Positions 20,367 through 29,359 of a stretch of DNA of 64,000 nucleotides are shown here, piece by piece. Every line of letters starts with the position of its first letter. Positions within the stretch are counted from its first letter, which is position 1. This DNA comes from an uncultured Chloroflexia bacterium. GTDB lineage: Bacteria; Chloroflexota; Chloroflexia; Thermomicrobiales; Thermomicrobiaceae. The DNA is taken from the NCBI GenBank assembly GCA_963739715.1, contig CAVUBN010000014.1:16791-80790 (forward strand), read 5' to 3'. Below the pieces are notes generated by a model. The model made no database searches. It worked only from the letters and a program-made list of their open reading frames with translations, and was not told where the DNA came from. The position numbers and the translations under genes are program-made.

Positions 20367-20960
20367 ATGGACACCACAATTCGTATCGCACTCGATCTTG
20401 ACGGAGTTCTTACCGAACATCCACGTCCGCTGGCCCACGCAGCGAATAAACAGTACGGACTCGATCTGCCGGATCACACCTTCATCGATTCGGCTGGGCT
20501 CAATGTGCCGCTTGAGATTCGCGAGTGGGTCTACAGCCCCGACGGTCCAGCGCGCGATCTGCTCCCGGCGGTCCGGCGCTCAGCAGTTCGTCGCGGTACT
20601 CATCGATGCCTTCGGTGCCGAGAACGTTTCGATCGTCACGGCCCGTCCTGGTCCCTGCAGCACCCTGACGAAAGACTGGCTCCGCAGGCACAGCTTCCCT
20701 GTCTGCAACGTCGTCTTTGCCGACGACAAGGTTGCAGTGGCCCGAGAGCTCGGCATCACCCACGCGGTCGAGGATAGCCGGCGGCACGCGACTGCCTATA
20801 CGGCAAATGGTGTCACCTGCCTGCTGCTGTCGAACGACCCGGCGCCGGATGGGGAATCTTCGGCGATCCGACGCGTTCCAGACCTTATAGCCGTGCAGAA
20901 CGAGCTCCGGGCGGCTCAGACACCCGGTCAATTCCGATCTGGACCAGGGAACTCCCGTTA
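20367..20960 (+). pseudogene. HAD-like 5'(3')-nucleotidase-type gene, reading frame broken
   Basis: N-terminus IALDLDGVL in frame 0, middle VSIVTARPG...WLRRHSFPVCNVVFADDK...GITHAVED in frame +1. Only frame 0 ends in a TGA overlapping the serA ATG. Confidence 0.5.
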
Positions 20961-22066
20961 TGATGAACGACACCAACCATCCGCGGATCGTCGTCAGCGA
21001 CATCATCGACGCTCAAGCACGAGCGACGCTGGCGACCGGGGCAGAGATCATCGATGTGGACGGCACCGATCTCGATGCGCTTCTCGCCGTTCTGCCGGAT
21101 GCCGACGCGTTGATCGTTCGGAGCGAGACGCAGGTCACCGCCGGCGTGCTGGCGGCCGGACACAAGCTACGCGTGGTCGCCCGGGCTGGGGTCGGCATCG
21201 ACAACATCGATTTACCGAGCGCCACGTCGGCCGGCATCCTCGTGCTCAATGCCCCCGGAGCGAACGCCATCTCGGCGGCCGAGCACACTATTGCGCTTCT
21301 CCTGGCGATTACGCGCTCAATTCCGGAGGCCAACAACTCGACGCACGCCGGGCTCTGGGAGCGCAAGCGCTTCAAGCCGTTCGACCTCAAAGGGAAGACG
21401 ATCGGCATCGTTGGGCTTGGGCACGTCGGCTCGGCGCTAGCACAGCGGCTGCATGGGTTCGAGCCGCGGCTGATTGGTCATGACCCCTACATCACCCGCG
21501 AGCGCTTCCAGCAGCTTGGAGTCGAGCCGGTCTCGTACGAGATGCTGCTCGAGACGTCGCACATCGTCACCTTCCACGTACCGGCTACGCCCGAGACGGT
21601 CCACATGCTCAACTCAACCACCATCGAATGGCTCAAGCCGGGAGCGCTGGTACTCAACTGTGCCCGGGGCGAGATCGTCGACGCCGGGGCACTTGCCGAT
21701 GCCCTGCGCGATGGACGAGTCGCCGCAGCGGGAGTCGACGTCTATCCACATGAGCCGGCTCGCGACAATCCGCTCTTCGGGCTTCCCAACGCGGTATTGA
21801 CGCCGCACATCGGCGGGTCGAGCAAAGAGGCTTTGGCGGCAGTCGGTCAGATGATCAGCACGACGACGCTGGCGGCTCTTCGTGGCGAAGCCGTGCCGAA
21901 CGCGGTCAATTTGCCGCCTGCCTCGCTGAACGCTCCCGATCTTCAGCGACTGACCCGGGTCGCGAGCGCCGCCGGACACCTGCTGGCCGTTCTCCATCCG
22001 GAGCGGCCCGGTTACGTACGCGTGACCACGCACGGATTGGTCTCCCCGATGTCGTCGAGCACGTGA
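20960..22066 (+). CDS. serA: D-3-phosphoglycerate dehydrogenase, catalytic/NAD-binding part (N-terminal ORF of a split serA)
   Basis: GIVGLGHVGSALAQRL, NCARGEIVD, TPHIGGSS. Stops at 368 aa, where long-form SerA would continue. Confidence 0.85.
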   Translation: MMNDTNHPRIVVSDIIDAQARATLATGAEIIDVDGTDLDALLAVLPDADALIVRSETQVTAGVLAAGHKLRVVARAGVGIDNIDLPSATSAGILVLNAPGANAISAAEHTIALLLAITRSIPEANNSTHAGLWERKRFKPFDLKGKTIGIVGLGHVGSALAQRLHGFEPRLIGHDPYITRERFQQLGVEPVSYEMLLETSHIVTFHVPATPETVHMLNSTTIEWLKPGALVLNCARGEIVDAGALADALRDGRVAAAGVDVYPHEPARDNPLFGLPNAVLTPHIGGSSKEALAAVGQMISTTTLAALRGEAVPNAVNLPPASLNAPDLQRLTRVASAAGHLLAVLHPERPGYVRVTTHGLVSPMSSST

Positions 22067-22599
22067 CGGCCGCGGCGCTGAGCGATGCACTCGCTCACTG
22101 GACCGATCGCCGTGTGACGCCGGTCAACGCGCGCTTGGTCGCTCAAGAGAGCGCGATACCAATTACCAATGTCGCGGCCGACACTGATGCCGACCGTGTA
22201 CCCGAGTTCACCTTCGAGGTGAATGGCGGCGATCCGCATCGGGTAACGGTCCGCTGGGATCGGGTCGACGCTGGCATCCTCGAAGTCGATCGCTTCTCGC
22301 TGGAGCGACCCCTCGCAGGTGATCTGCTTATCACCCATCACCGCGATCGCCCAGGTATCGTCGGTCGCATCGGTATGATCCTCGGTGCCCACCAGGTAAA
22401 CATCGCCGGCATGCAAGTGGCCCGGCACGAACGAGGTGGCGAGGCAATTATGGTAATGAACGTCGACGACGCCATTCCGGCTCAGGCACAGGAGGAGATC
22501 CTGGAGATCGATGGGATCAAGACGGCCTACATCGTTTCGCTGCCCCATGCGGCGGAGCTGATCGGCGCTGGAGTAGATACCCGGGCGCATTCCGGCTGA
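22063..22599 (+). CDS. serA: SerA C-terminal ASB + ACT domains (second ORF of the split serA)
   Basis: TAAALSDAL...VNARLVAQESAI...HHRDRPGIVGRIGMILGAHQVNIAGMQVAR. This frame stays open upstream through ...GLPDVVEHV. Confidence 0.8.
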   Translation: MTAAALSDALAHWTDRRVTPVNARLVAQESAIPITNVAADTDADRVPEFTFEVNGGDPHRVTVRWDRVDAGILEVDRFSLERPLAGDLLITHHRDRPGIVGRIGMILGAHQVNIAGMQVARHERGGEAIMVMNVDDAIPAQAQEEILEIDGIKTAYIVSLPHAAELIGAGVDTRAHSG

Positions 22600-22655
22600 T
22601 CGCACTGAATCGATGTGAGACCACGCGGGGCGGGCAACGGGCTCGCCCTCCCAAT

Positions 22656-23189
22656 TTGGCTCCAGGAGGTTCTCATGGCACGACTCGAGAGACCGTCGGA
22701 ACGCTGGCGGGCCAGTTTCCTGGCTGCGGTGGAGGAGTTCGAGCAGAAGGCCGCACCGCCCACTTCAATCTTCCAGAGCTTCAAAGGGATTTCCCGGCGT
22801 TCGTCCGCCGTGTCATCGGTTACAGCCGCGGCGAAGGCCTGCCAGAAGGATTCGTCCCCTCGACCGACTACTGGCTGATCGACGGCAACGAGTTCATCGG
22901 ACGCGTCTCGATCCGGCATGCACTGACCGACGGGTTACGCAAGATCGGTGGGCATATCGGTTATGAGATCCGTCCATCGAAACGCCGGATGGGATATGGG
23001 ACCCGAATCCTGGCGCTGGTGCTACCGAAGGCACGGGAGATCGGGATCACCCGAGCGCTGGTGACCTGCGACGAGGACAATATCGGCTCGCAGAAGATCA
23101 TCGAGGCAAACGACGGGATACTCGAGGACGCGATCGACGTCGAAGGATATACTCCGCGCGTGCTCAGATACTGGATCGAGTTGAACTAA
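22656..23189 (+). CDS. GNAT-family N-acetyltransferase (5' end apparently frameshifted)
   Basis: [23 protein letters not shown] and [20 protein letters not shown]. The native-looking N-terminus [24 protein letters not shown] (ATG 22675 behind AGGAGG) lies in another frame. Confidence 0.75.
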   Translation: MAPGGSHGTTRETVGTLAGQFPGCGGGVRAEGRTAHFNLPELQRDFPAFVRRVIGYSRGEGLPEGFVPSTDYWLIDGNEFIGRVSIRHALTDGLRKIGGHIGYEIRPSKRRMGYGTRILALVLPKAREIGITRALVTCDEDNIGSQKIIEANDGILEDAIDVEGYTPRVLRYWIELN

Positions 23190-23350
23190 CCATTCGACGA
23201 GTAGGTCGATGCGCCGGTGATCACGAGGAAACTATGGCTAGGTCTGTGCGTCCACTCCGAGAAGGGCAAGTTGGTCGTCTGGAACACGGCCGAGCGCTCA
23301 GGCTGCTCGGCGATCACCTGGAACAAGAACTTGGCGCCGGCCTCGGCTAG
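23186..23350 (-). mobile_element. Relic of the 3' end of an IS21-family istB helper-ATPase gene
   Basis: Translation [30 protein letters not shown]...[13 protein letters not shown] resembles the IstB C-terminus (LLFQVISxRYERxS-IITSNxxFSEW...HHSHVITIxGxSYR). No N-terminal part and no istA. Confidence 0.5.
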
Positions 23351-23440
23351 CGGCACGACCGTCATCCCGACGCCACAGCCGATTGAGTGACGGTCACCCT
23401 CAGCTACCGTTTCACGCACGCGACGTACGAGTGGAAAGTG

Positions 23441-24802
23441 ATGTCCAAGATGCCGTTTGAGCGCTATCGCAATACCTGGCACAACATCCAGTCCAGTCTC
23501 TGGTTTCTGCCAACCGTCCTCGGACTCACCGCGTTCATCCTGTCGTACCTCCTCCCCGAAATCGATTTGCGGATGGCGCGGCAGCTAGCTGCTCATCGTG
23601 GCTGGCTCTTCTCTGGCTCCCCGAGTGCAGCCCGGACGCTCCTCTCGGTGCTCGCCGGATCGTTGATCACCGTCATCACGGTGCTCTTCTCCATCACAAT
23701 GCTCACCCTCCAGCAGGCATCGTCGCAATTCACGCCCCGGGTATTCCAGAACTTTATTGATGACCGCTGGAATCAATGGGTGCTAGGCACCTACATTGCC
23801 ACCTTCCTGTATTGCATCCTCGTCCTGCGCCAGGTGCGCAGCGAGACTGCCGCGCTCCACGATTTCGTGCCGGTGAGCGCCATTACCCTCGCGCTGGTCC
23901 TCGCCGTGGTCTGCATCGCCCTCTTGGTCTATTACATCCACCACACTGCCTCGCTCTTTCAGGCCGGGACGATCATCGAGCGTGTGCACCACGACCTCAT
24001 TGGCACGATCGATAGACTCTACCCCGAGTCACACGACCTGACGCAGCAGCCCGCGACAGAGGAACTCCAGTCCTTCAAGCAGCGCTTCATGGCCCAGGCG
24101 GAATACCGGATCCACAGCGAGGAGACTGGCTATCTCCGGAGTATTGATGAGGAAAGCATTTGTAGGGCGTTGCCGGGCGGGGCGTGTGCGGCCATCCGTC
24201 CTGCGGTCGGTCACTATATCGTCGCCAATACGGTACTCCTTGAGGCGACTGAAGTGATGGACGATGAACGACGCGTGCAGCAGGTCCGCGCGGCCTTCGT
24301 GCTGGACCGCGAACGCACGTTGAATCAAGATGCGCTCTTCGGTGTGCGCCAGTTGGTCGACATCGCGGTCAAGGCACTCTCCCCGAGCATCAATGACCCA
24401 ACCACGGCTCAGCATGCGATCTCCTGTCTCGGGAATGCCCTTATTCGGCTCGCTGGTCGCGCCTTTCCCACGCGGATTCGCGTTCACGGAGGCGAGGATG
24501 ACCAGACACGGGTCATGGTGTGGGTCAATCGGCCAGAGTTCGCCGACTATGTGGAGATGTCATTTAGCCAGATCCGGCGATCGGCACGCGATGATGTTGA
24601 GGTGACGTGGTATCTACTGGACGTTTTGGACGCGGTCGCGCAGAACACCTCGGACGATCGTGCCCACGTGATCCAGGAGCAGATTGACCGGATCGTGGCC
24701 CAGGTCAACGCCGCGAACTTCATCACAGCGGATCGTGAACGACTACTCGCAGCGGCTGCCGAGGCGATGGCAGCCACGACGTCAATCCCCCTCCAGGGCT
24801 GA
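23441..24802 (+). CDS. DUF2254-like membrane protein
   Basis: N-terminus with [22 protein letters not shown] plus further TM helices, then a large soluble C-terminal domain. Confidence 0.8.
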   Translation: MSKMPFERYRNTWHNIQSSLWFLPTVLGLTAFILSYLLPEIDLRMARQLAAHRGWLFSGSPSAARTLLSVLAGSLITVITVLFSITMLTLQQASSQFTPRVFQNFIDDRWNQWVLGTYIATFLYCILVLRQVRSETAALHDFVPVSAITLALVLAVVCIALLVYYIHHTASLFQAGTIIERVHHDLIGTIDRLYPESHDLTQQPATEELQSFKQRFMAQAEYRIHSEETGYLRSIDEESICRALPGGACAAIRPAVGHYIVANTVLLEATEVMDDERRVQQVRAAFVLDRERTLNQDALFGVRQLVDIAVKALSPSINDPTTAQHAISCLGNALIRLAGRAFPTRIRVHGGEDDQTRVMVWVNRPEFADYVEMSFSQIRRSARDDVEVTWYLLDVLDAVAQNTSDDRAHVIQEQIDRIVAQVNAANFITADRERLLAAAAEAMAATTSIPLQG

Positions 24803-24843
24803 CAACGCTATGCTCGGTTCGCGCGGACTTCACGTCGGAGCCA

Positions 24844-24971
24844 GCAGTGGACCGTACTGCCGCATGGCCGCGTCGGTGAAGTGGGTCTTGACCGCCAGGA
24901 TGACCATCTCAAGCGGGCCGGCAAGCTCATCAGGCAGGATTGCCCGGATGGGATAATACTGGTCGCCTCTC
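24844..24971 (-). pseudogene. 128-bp relic of a panE-like (2-dehydropantoate 2-reductase) gene
   Basis: 120/128 nt identical to 31041-31168 inside the intact panE. No start or stop, and the flanks are unrelated. Confidence 0.7.
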
Positions 24972-25130
24972 GGAGATCGTCATGAGAGGATCTGTGCGAC
25001 GTGATGATTGAGGGGGATCGACCCCGGGAAGATGTTGTAAGAGTCTCGACGTATTGAGAGACACGTATACTGCAACGAAAGACGTTTCCTCTGTACGCTT
25101 TCGAATCGTTTCTTTAGCCAGTGTGATGCA

Positions 25131-25880
25131 ATGGCAAATGACAATGCCCATGATGCGATGTGGGAACTTCGCGAGAGAACGATTTTCCTGGCAGGAGTGC
25201 CGCTTTTTTCCCACCTGTCGGTAGATACGCTCAGGGCTATCGCTACCCAAATGCGTGTACGCCACATAGAAGACGGCGACTTCGTCTTCCTCGCGGGCAC
25301 AGTAGCCGACTCGGTCAATCTCCTCGCTGAAGGACGGATTAAAGTGATCCGTGAGACTGAGGCAGGGCAGGAAGTTATTCTCCGCATAATCCAACCGGGT
25401 GAATTGTTTGGCGGCGCTGGCGGTTGGGGCGAAGTACATTATCCGGCAAGCGCGGTTGCCCTCGGCCAGGCGGTGGTGCTTCGCCTGCCAGCGCGATCCT
25501 TTGCGTCACTGGTCGCTAAATATCCCGATTTTGCGATGGCAGTCATTCACCAACTCGCCGAACGGCTCAGATTGGCCGAACGACGGATCGAGGAGTTGCA
25601 GACCCAGCGGGTTGAACGGCGCATCGCGCACACGCTGCTACGGCTGGCGGAGAAGACGGGTGTGAAGACGGAGGACGGGATCCGCATCAACCTCCCGCTC
25701 TCGCGCCAGGACCTGGCCGACCTAACCGGAACCACCCTCAGTACCGCCAGTCGCACGCTGAGCGCCTGGGACCACCAGGGGCTGATTCGCGCTGGCCGCG
25801 AGCGAGTTACCATCCTTCAGGCTCACCGTCTCGTTGCCATCGCCAATGACCTGCCGGAATCTCATCCTAAAGACGAATAA
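25131..25880 (+). CDS. Crp/Fnr-family transcriptional regulator
   Basis: cNMP-binding-like barrel (GELFGG) and C-terminal HTH RQDLADLTGTTLSTASRTLSAW. Confidence 0.9.
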   Translation: MANDNAHDAMWELRERTIFLAGVPLFSHLSVDTLRAIATQMRVRHIEDGDFVFLAGTVADSVNLLAEGRIKVIRETEAGQEVILRIIQPGELFGGAGGWGEVHYPASAVALGQAVVLRLPARSFASLVAKYPDFAMAVIHQLAERLRLAERRIEELQTQRVERRIAHTLLRLAEKTGVKTEDGIRINLPLSRQDLADLTGTTLSTASRTLSAWDHQGLIRAGRERVTILQAHRLVAIANDLPESHPKDE

Positions 25881-25990
25881 CCGCCCAGTTTCCTTCCACA
25901 CTTTGTTCCAGCGCAAAGACTCGCAAGGTCGCCCGTGTCATCCTCCTGGAAGTACCGCACTTGTAGCGGCCCTAACCGAAGGAAACGATC

Positions 25991-26233
25991 GTGATTACGG
26001 GCGACCAATCATCCATTCAGTCTGATACCAACGTCGATTGGCTGCTGGAACGCGTGCCTGCCGTGATTCCTGTCTTCGTGCGGCGACGGTTGCACTGTGT
26101 CGGATGCCCACTGGCGCGCTTCGAGACGCTGACCGATGTCTGCGACATCTACGGCCTGAAACTCAACGACTTCCTGAGCGATCTGCGCGCATCCGCGAGC
26201 GGTTCGATTGGAGACATGGCGGGACGCCCGTGA
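25991..26233 (+). CDS. DUF1858-like small redox-disulfide domain protein
   Basis: GTG start. VDWLLERVPAVIPVFVRRRLHCVGCPLARFETLTDVC pattern. Confidence 0.7.
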   Translation: MITGDQSSIQSDTNVDWLLERVPAVIPVFVRRRLHCVGCPLARFETLTDVCDIYGLKLNDFLSDLRASASGSIGDMAGRP

Positions 26234-26273
26234 CGGGCGAACTTGATCGTCGTCAACACATTAAGGAGCATAC

Positions 26274-26561
26274 GTGACCTACGTAATTGCCGAGCCTTGT
26301 ATCGGGGTGAAGGACGGATCGTGTGTCGAGGTCTGTCCGGTCGACTGCATCCATACCGATGACGACGCGGAGCTGTACTTCATAGATCCGGACGAGTGTA
26401 TCGATTGCGGTGTCTGCGCCGAGGTCTGCCCAGTGGAGGCCATCTTCTTCGAGGACGACCTCCCCGAGCAATGGGCGAACTTCCTCGGACTGAATCGTCA
26501 GTACTTCACGCGCGCGCCTCGCGTAACAGACGACCAGGCAGCGATGAAGGAGAATCGATGA
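26274..26561 (+). CDS. Ferredoxin (7Fe FdxA-like)
   Basis: MTYVIAEPCIGVKDGSCVEVCPVDCIH and CIDCGVCAEVCPVEAI cysteine clusters. Confidence 0.85.
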   Translation: MTYVIAEPCIGVKDGSCVEVCPVDCIHTDDDAELYFIDPDECIDCGVCAEVCPVEAIFFEDDLPEQWANFLGLNRQYFTRAPRVTDDQAAMKENR

Positions 26562-26875
26562 TGACCGCGTTCCTGATGTCAACCGAGGCCGTCTGGGCAG
26601 CGCTCTCCGAGGTCTACGACCCCGAGCTGGGTGTCAACGTGGTCGATCTCGGCCTCGTCTACGATGTTGCGCTCGAGGACCGTCAGGTGCGAGTTAACAT
26701 GACACTCACCACGCCCGGCTGTCCGCTGCATGACAGCCTGATGACATCGGTTGACGAGGCGGTGCGCCTATTCGTGCCCGGCGTGGACACAGTCGAGGTG
26801 GAACTGGTCTGGGAGCCGCGCTGGACGCCGGAGCGGATCACCGCGGCTGGGCTGCGCGCCCTCGGCTGGAATTGA
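26558..26875 (+). CDS. DUF59/MIP18-family Fe-S assembly-type protein
   Basis: ATGA overlap with the ferredoxin gene. VYDPELGVNVVDLGLVYDV and TTPGCPL motifs. Confidence 0.8.
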   Translation: MMTAFLMSTEAVWAALSEVYDPELGVNVVDLGLVYDVALEDRQVRVNMTLTTPGCPLHDSLMTSVDEAVRLFVPGVDTVEVELVWEPRWTPERITAAGLRALGWN

Positions 26876-26891
26876 GGAGGTGGTTGGATCA

Positions 26892-27737
26892 ATGACGACT
26901 CCTGCCACGGAACGGGAGCCGATCCGGATCGACTGGAAAATCAGCGACGTGATCGGGCGCTACCCGCAACTCGTCGATGAATTGGTCGCGCTCAATCCGA
27001 CCTTCCGGCTGCTCAGGAATCCGGTTGCCCGGCGCGTCCAGTCACGACTGGTGACCGTGGCGCAGGCAGCACACATCGGCGGGATGGCACCCGAAGAACT
27101 CATCGCGCAACTGAACGCGGCGATCGGAGTCGAAGTGGGCGCGTCTCGAACAGAAGGTACCGTCGCGAACGAGTCTGATGAAGATGCACCTGGCTGGATC
27201 GGCGAGGCGCCGGTGGTGGCCGAAGTCGACGTGCGTGACCTTCAGCGGGCCGGAGAAGAGCCATTCGGGCGGATTATGGAGGCGGCTCGACGGACCACTG
27301 CCGGTCAGGTCTTGCGGCTACGCTCGAGCTTCGAACCAGTGCCGCTCTACAGCGTGATGGTGCAACGCGGCTTCGACCACTGGACGCAACGTCATGCCGA
27401 GGACGACTGGGAGGTATGGTTCCGGAATACGGGACGCCCGCGTGAGACGACTGCGGCACCAACGACGACGACGCATGCCACCGACGCCGTCAACTGGACC
27501 ACTGCGTCGGCCACGATCACCATCGACGTGAGCGAACTCGTACCTCCAGAGCCGCTGATCCGTATCATGAGCGCGCTGGATGATCTGCCGCCTGGCGCGA
27601 GTCTGCTGGTGCATCACGTGCGGCGTCCGATCTACCTCTACCCCCAGCTCGACGAGGCGGGTTATCGGTACCAGACCCGGGATCTCGGTCCAGGGAAGGT
27701 CGAGCTCCTCATCGAAAAACCGGCCGGCACGCAATGA
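26892..27737 (+). CDS. DUF1858 + 2 x DUF2249 fusion protein
   Basis: N-terminus ISDVIGRYPQLVDELVALNP...VTVAQAA, followed by two DUF2249-like segments (VDVRDLQRAGEEPF... and IDVSELVPPEPL...). Confidence 0.7.
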   Translation: MTTPATEREPIRIDWKISDVIGRYPQLVDELVALNPTFRLLRNPVARRVQSRLVTVAQAAHIGGMAPEELIAQLNAAIGVEVGASRTEGTVANESDEDAPGWIGEAPVVAEVDVRDLQRAGEEPFGRIMEAARRTTAGQVLRLRSSFEPVPLYSVMVQRGFDHWTQRHAEDDWEVWFRNTGRPRETTAAPTTTTHATDAVNWTTASATITIDVSELVPPEPLIRIMSALDDLPPGASLLVHHVRRPIYLYPQLDEAGYRYQTRDLGPGKVELLIEKPAGTQ

Positions 27738-29092
27738 CGGCGCCGAACCACACAGGCTCGGGGATCTCCGTAAACTCTTCCCCGGCGCTGGATCTCCCCG
27801 CACGGTTTCTGGCGCTCGGTATGCTATGCCTGCTCGGGGTCACGGTCACTTCACCGTTCGCCCTGCCACTTCTGGCTAACGGTTACGGCGGCCCGCACGT
27901 GCTCGCCTTCGTGCACTTGAATACGCTCGGCGTGGTGGCGACTGTCATCGTTGGGGCGGGCTATCAACTGGTGCCGGTCGTGCTTCAGAGCGCGCTCGCC
28001 TCCGAACGGCTCGGCCGAATCGCCTTCTGGTTACACCTGTGCGGCCTGATGCTCTTCCTTCCTGGTCTGCTGCGTAGCTGGGTGCCCGGAATCGGGATCG
28101 GCGCTACCCTCCTCTTCACCGGGTTGCTCCTGACCGTCTCCGTTATCGTGCGTACGTTCCTGCGAACGCCGCACCGTGACGTAGTCGCCTGGCATTTGCT
28201 CGTGGCTCAGGCTGGGCTTGTGGGTGGCGTCTTCTTCGGGCTACTGCTCGCGCTCAACGAGGCTACGGGCTTCCTCGGAGCCCGTACTCCCCGCTTGCTC
28301 GCGGCACACATCACCCTGCTCTTTGGTGGCTGGATCGCCGTGATGCTGAGCGGGGTCGCCTATCGGCTCGTCGGCATGTTCACCCTAAGCAAGGAGGATC
28401 TCTGGACACCGGCGGCCTGGACCGGGCTGGCGCTGACCGCGGGCGGCGCCTGGTGGCTAGCGCTCGGCTTCGTGCTCGGCGCCGACCATCGCATCCTGTT
28501 GAGCGGCGCGCTCGCACTGCTGCTTGGACAAATCCTCTTTGCCATCCAGTTGCTTCGTCTCTACCGCGTCCGGCGTCGACGCGGGGCTGACGTGCACATC
28601 CCGTTTGCCTTGGTGGCCACCGCCTGCGGCCTCACCTCCGCCGGGCTCCTCTCCGCCGGTTTCCTGTCCGGCACCGGTCCCGGCTCCCCTCTCTGGATCG
28701 CGGTCGTTTGGTTAGCGCTGGCCGGGTTAGCCGAAACCGCGATCCAGGGATTCCTCTACAAGATCGCCACCTTCCTGGTCTGGCTACGTCGTTACGCACC
28801 GCTGGCTGGACGCTGGAAGGTACCTAAATTGGAAGACCTCTACGACATTCGTCTGGCTCGTCTGGGCTGGGGGTTCTGGACGACCGGTCTGCTACTGGAG
28901 GTCAGCGGCATCCTGACGAGCAGTGCGTCGCTCTGCCGGATCGGCGGACTGGCCGCAGGACTTGGACTGACGCTGTTTCTGTTCAATCTAGCGCGCATCG
29001 TGGGACACCGACAACCATTGGAGCGAAACGAGACACTCGCGCGACTCCGGGTGGAGCACGCGGATACGGTATACGAAGGGAAACTATCATGA
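27734..29092 (+). CDS. Polytopic (about 12 TM) membrane protein, family not recognised (possibly distant heme-copper-oxidase subunit I-like)
   Basis: ATGA overlaps on both sides. 452 aa and almost entirely hydrophobic helices, several carrying His (FVHLNTLG, FWLHLCG, AAHITLLFGGW). Confidence 0.65.
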   Translation: MTAPNHTGSGISVNSSPALDLPARFLALGMLCLLGVTVTSPFALPLLANGYGGPHVLAFVHLNTLGVVATVIVGAGYQLVPVVLQSALASERLGRIAFWLHLCGLMLFLPGLLRSWVPGIGIGATLLFTGLLLTVSVIVRTFLRTPHRDVVAWHLLVAQAGLVGGVFFGLLLALNEATGFLGARTPRLLAAHITLLFGGWIAVMLSGVAYRLVGMFTLSKEDLWTPAAWTGLALTAGGAWWLALGFVLGADHRILLSGALALLLGQILFAIQLLRLYRVRRRRGADVHIPFALVATACGLTSAGLLSAGFLSGTGPGSPLWIAVVWLALAGLAETAIQGFLYKIATFLVWLRRYAPLAGRWKVPKLEDLYDIRLARLGWGFWTTGLLLEVSGILTSSASLCRIGGLAAGLGLTLFLFNLARIVGHRQPLERNETLARLRVEHADTVYEGKLS

Positions 29093-29358
29093 GTTCCGCC
29101 TCAGATGAAATGGTCACGATCGATGTGCGTGACATGGTACCGCGCGAGCGACACCCGCTCATCTTCGCCACATTCGATCAACTAACGCCCAGTCAGGCCA
29201 TGCTGCTGGTCAACGATCACGATCCGAAGCCGCTCTACTATCAGTTGATGGCTGAGCGACCGGAGCAAGCGGGTTGGGAGTACATCGAGCAGGGACCTGA
29301 GGTGTGGCGCGTGCACATCACAAAGCTCGCTTCGACGACGACTACGGAAGAAGGGTGA
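29089..29358 (+). CDS. DUF2249-family protein
   Basis: IDVRDMVPRERHPLIFATFDQL...LLVNDHDPKPLYYQL...WEY...GPEVWRVHITK. Confidence 0.8.
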   Translation: MSSASDEMVTIDVRDMVPRERHPLIFATFDQLTPSQAMLLVNDHDPKPLYYQLMAERPEQAGWEYIEQGPEVWRVHITKLASTTTTEEG

Positions 29359-29359
29359 C

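Noticed and set aside
20398-21483. 361-aa ORF running from the HAD region through the first third of serA
   Set aside because: Only its first ~170 codons are protein-like (the middle of the HAD gene). The rest is an Arg-rich alternative frame of serA, typical of stop-poor frames in GC-rich DNA.
25895-25915. Dyad CTTTG-N8-CAAAG between the Crp/Fnr gene and the DUF1858 gene as a possible Crp-family operator
   Set aside because: The 5-8-5 spacing does not fit known Crp/Fnr (5-6-5 or 5-4-5) sites, and the arms are short. I note it only as something to test.
26243-26256. FNR/DNR-type box TTGATcgtcGTCAA upstream of the ferredoxin gene
   Set aside because: Its centre is only ~25 nt before the GTG start, so a class-II activation geometry would put the transcription start inside the gene. 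It also lies within an operon and is a single 9/10 match. It is probably fortuitous, or at most a roadblock site.
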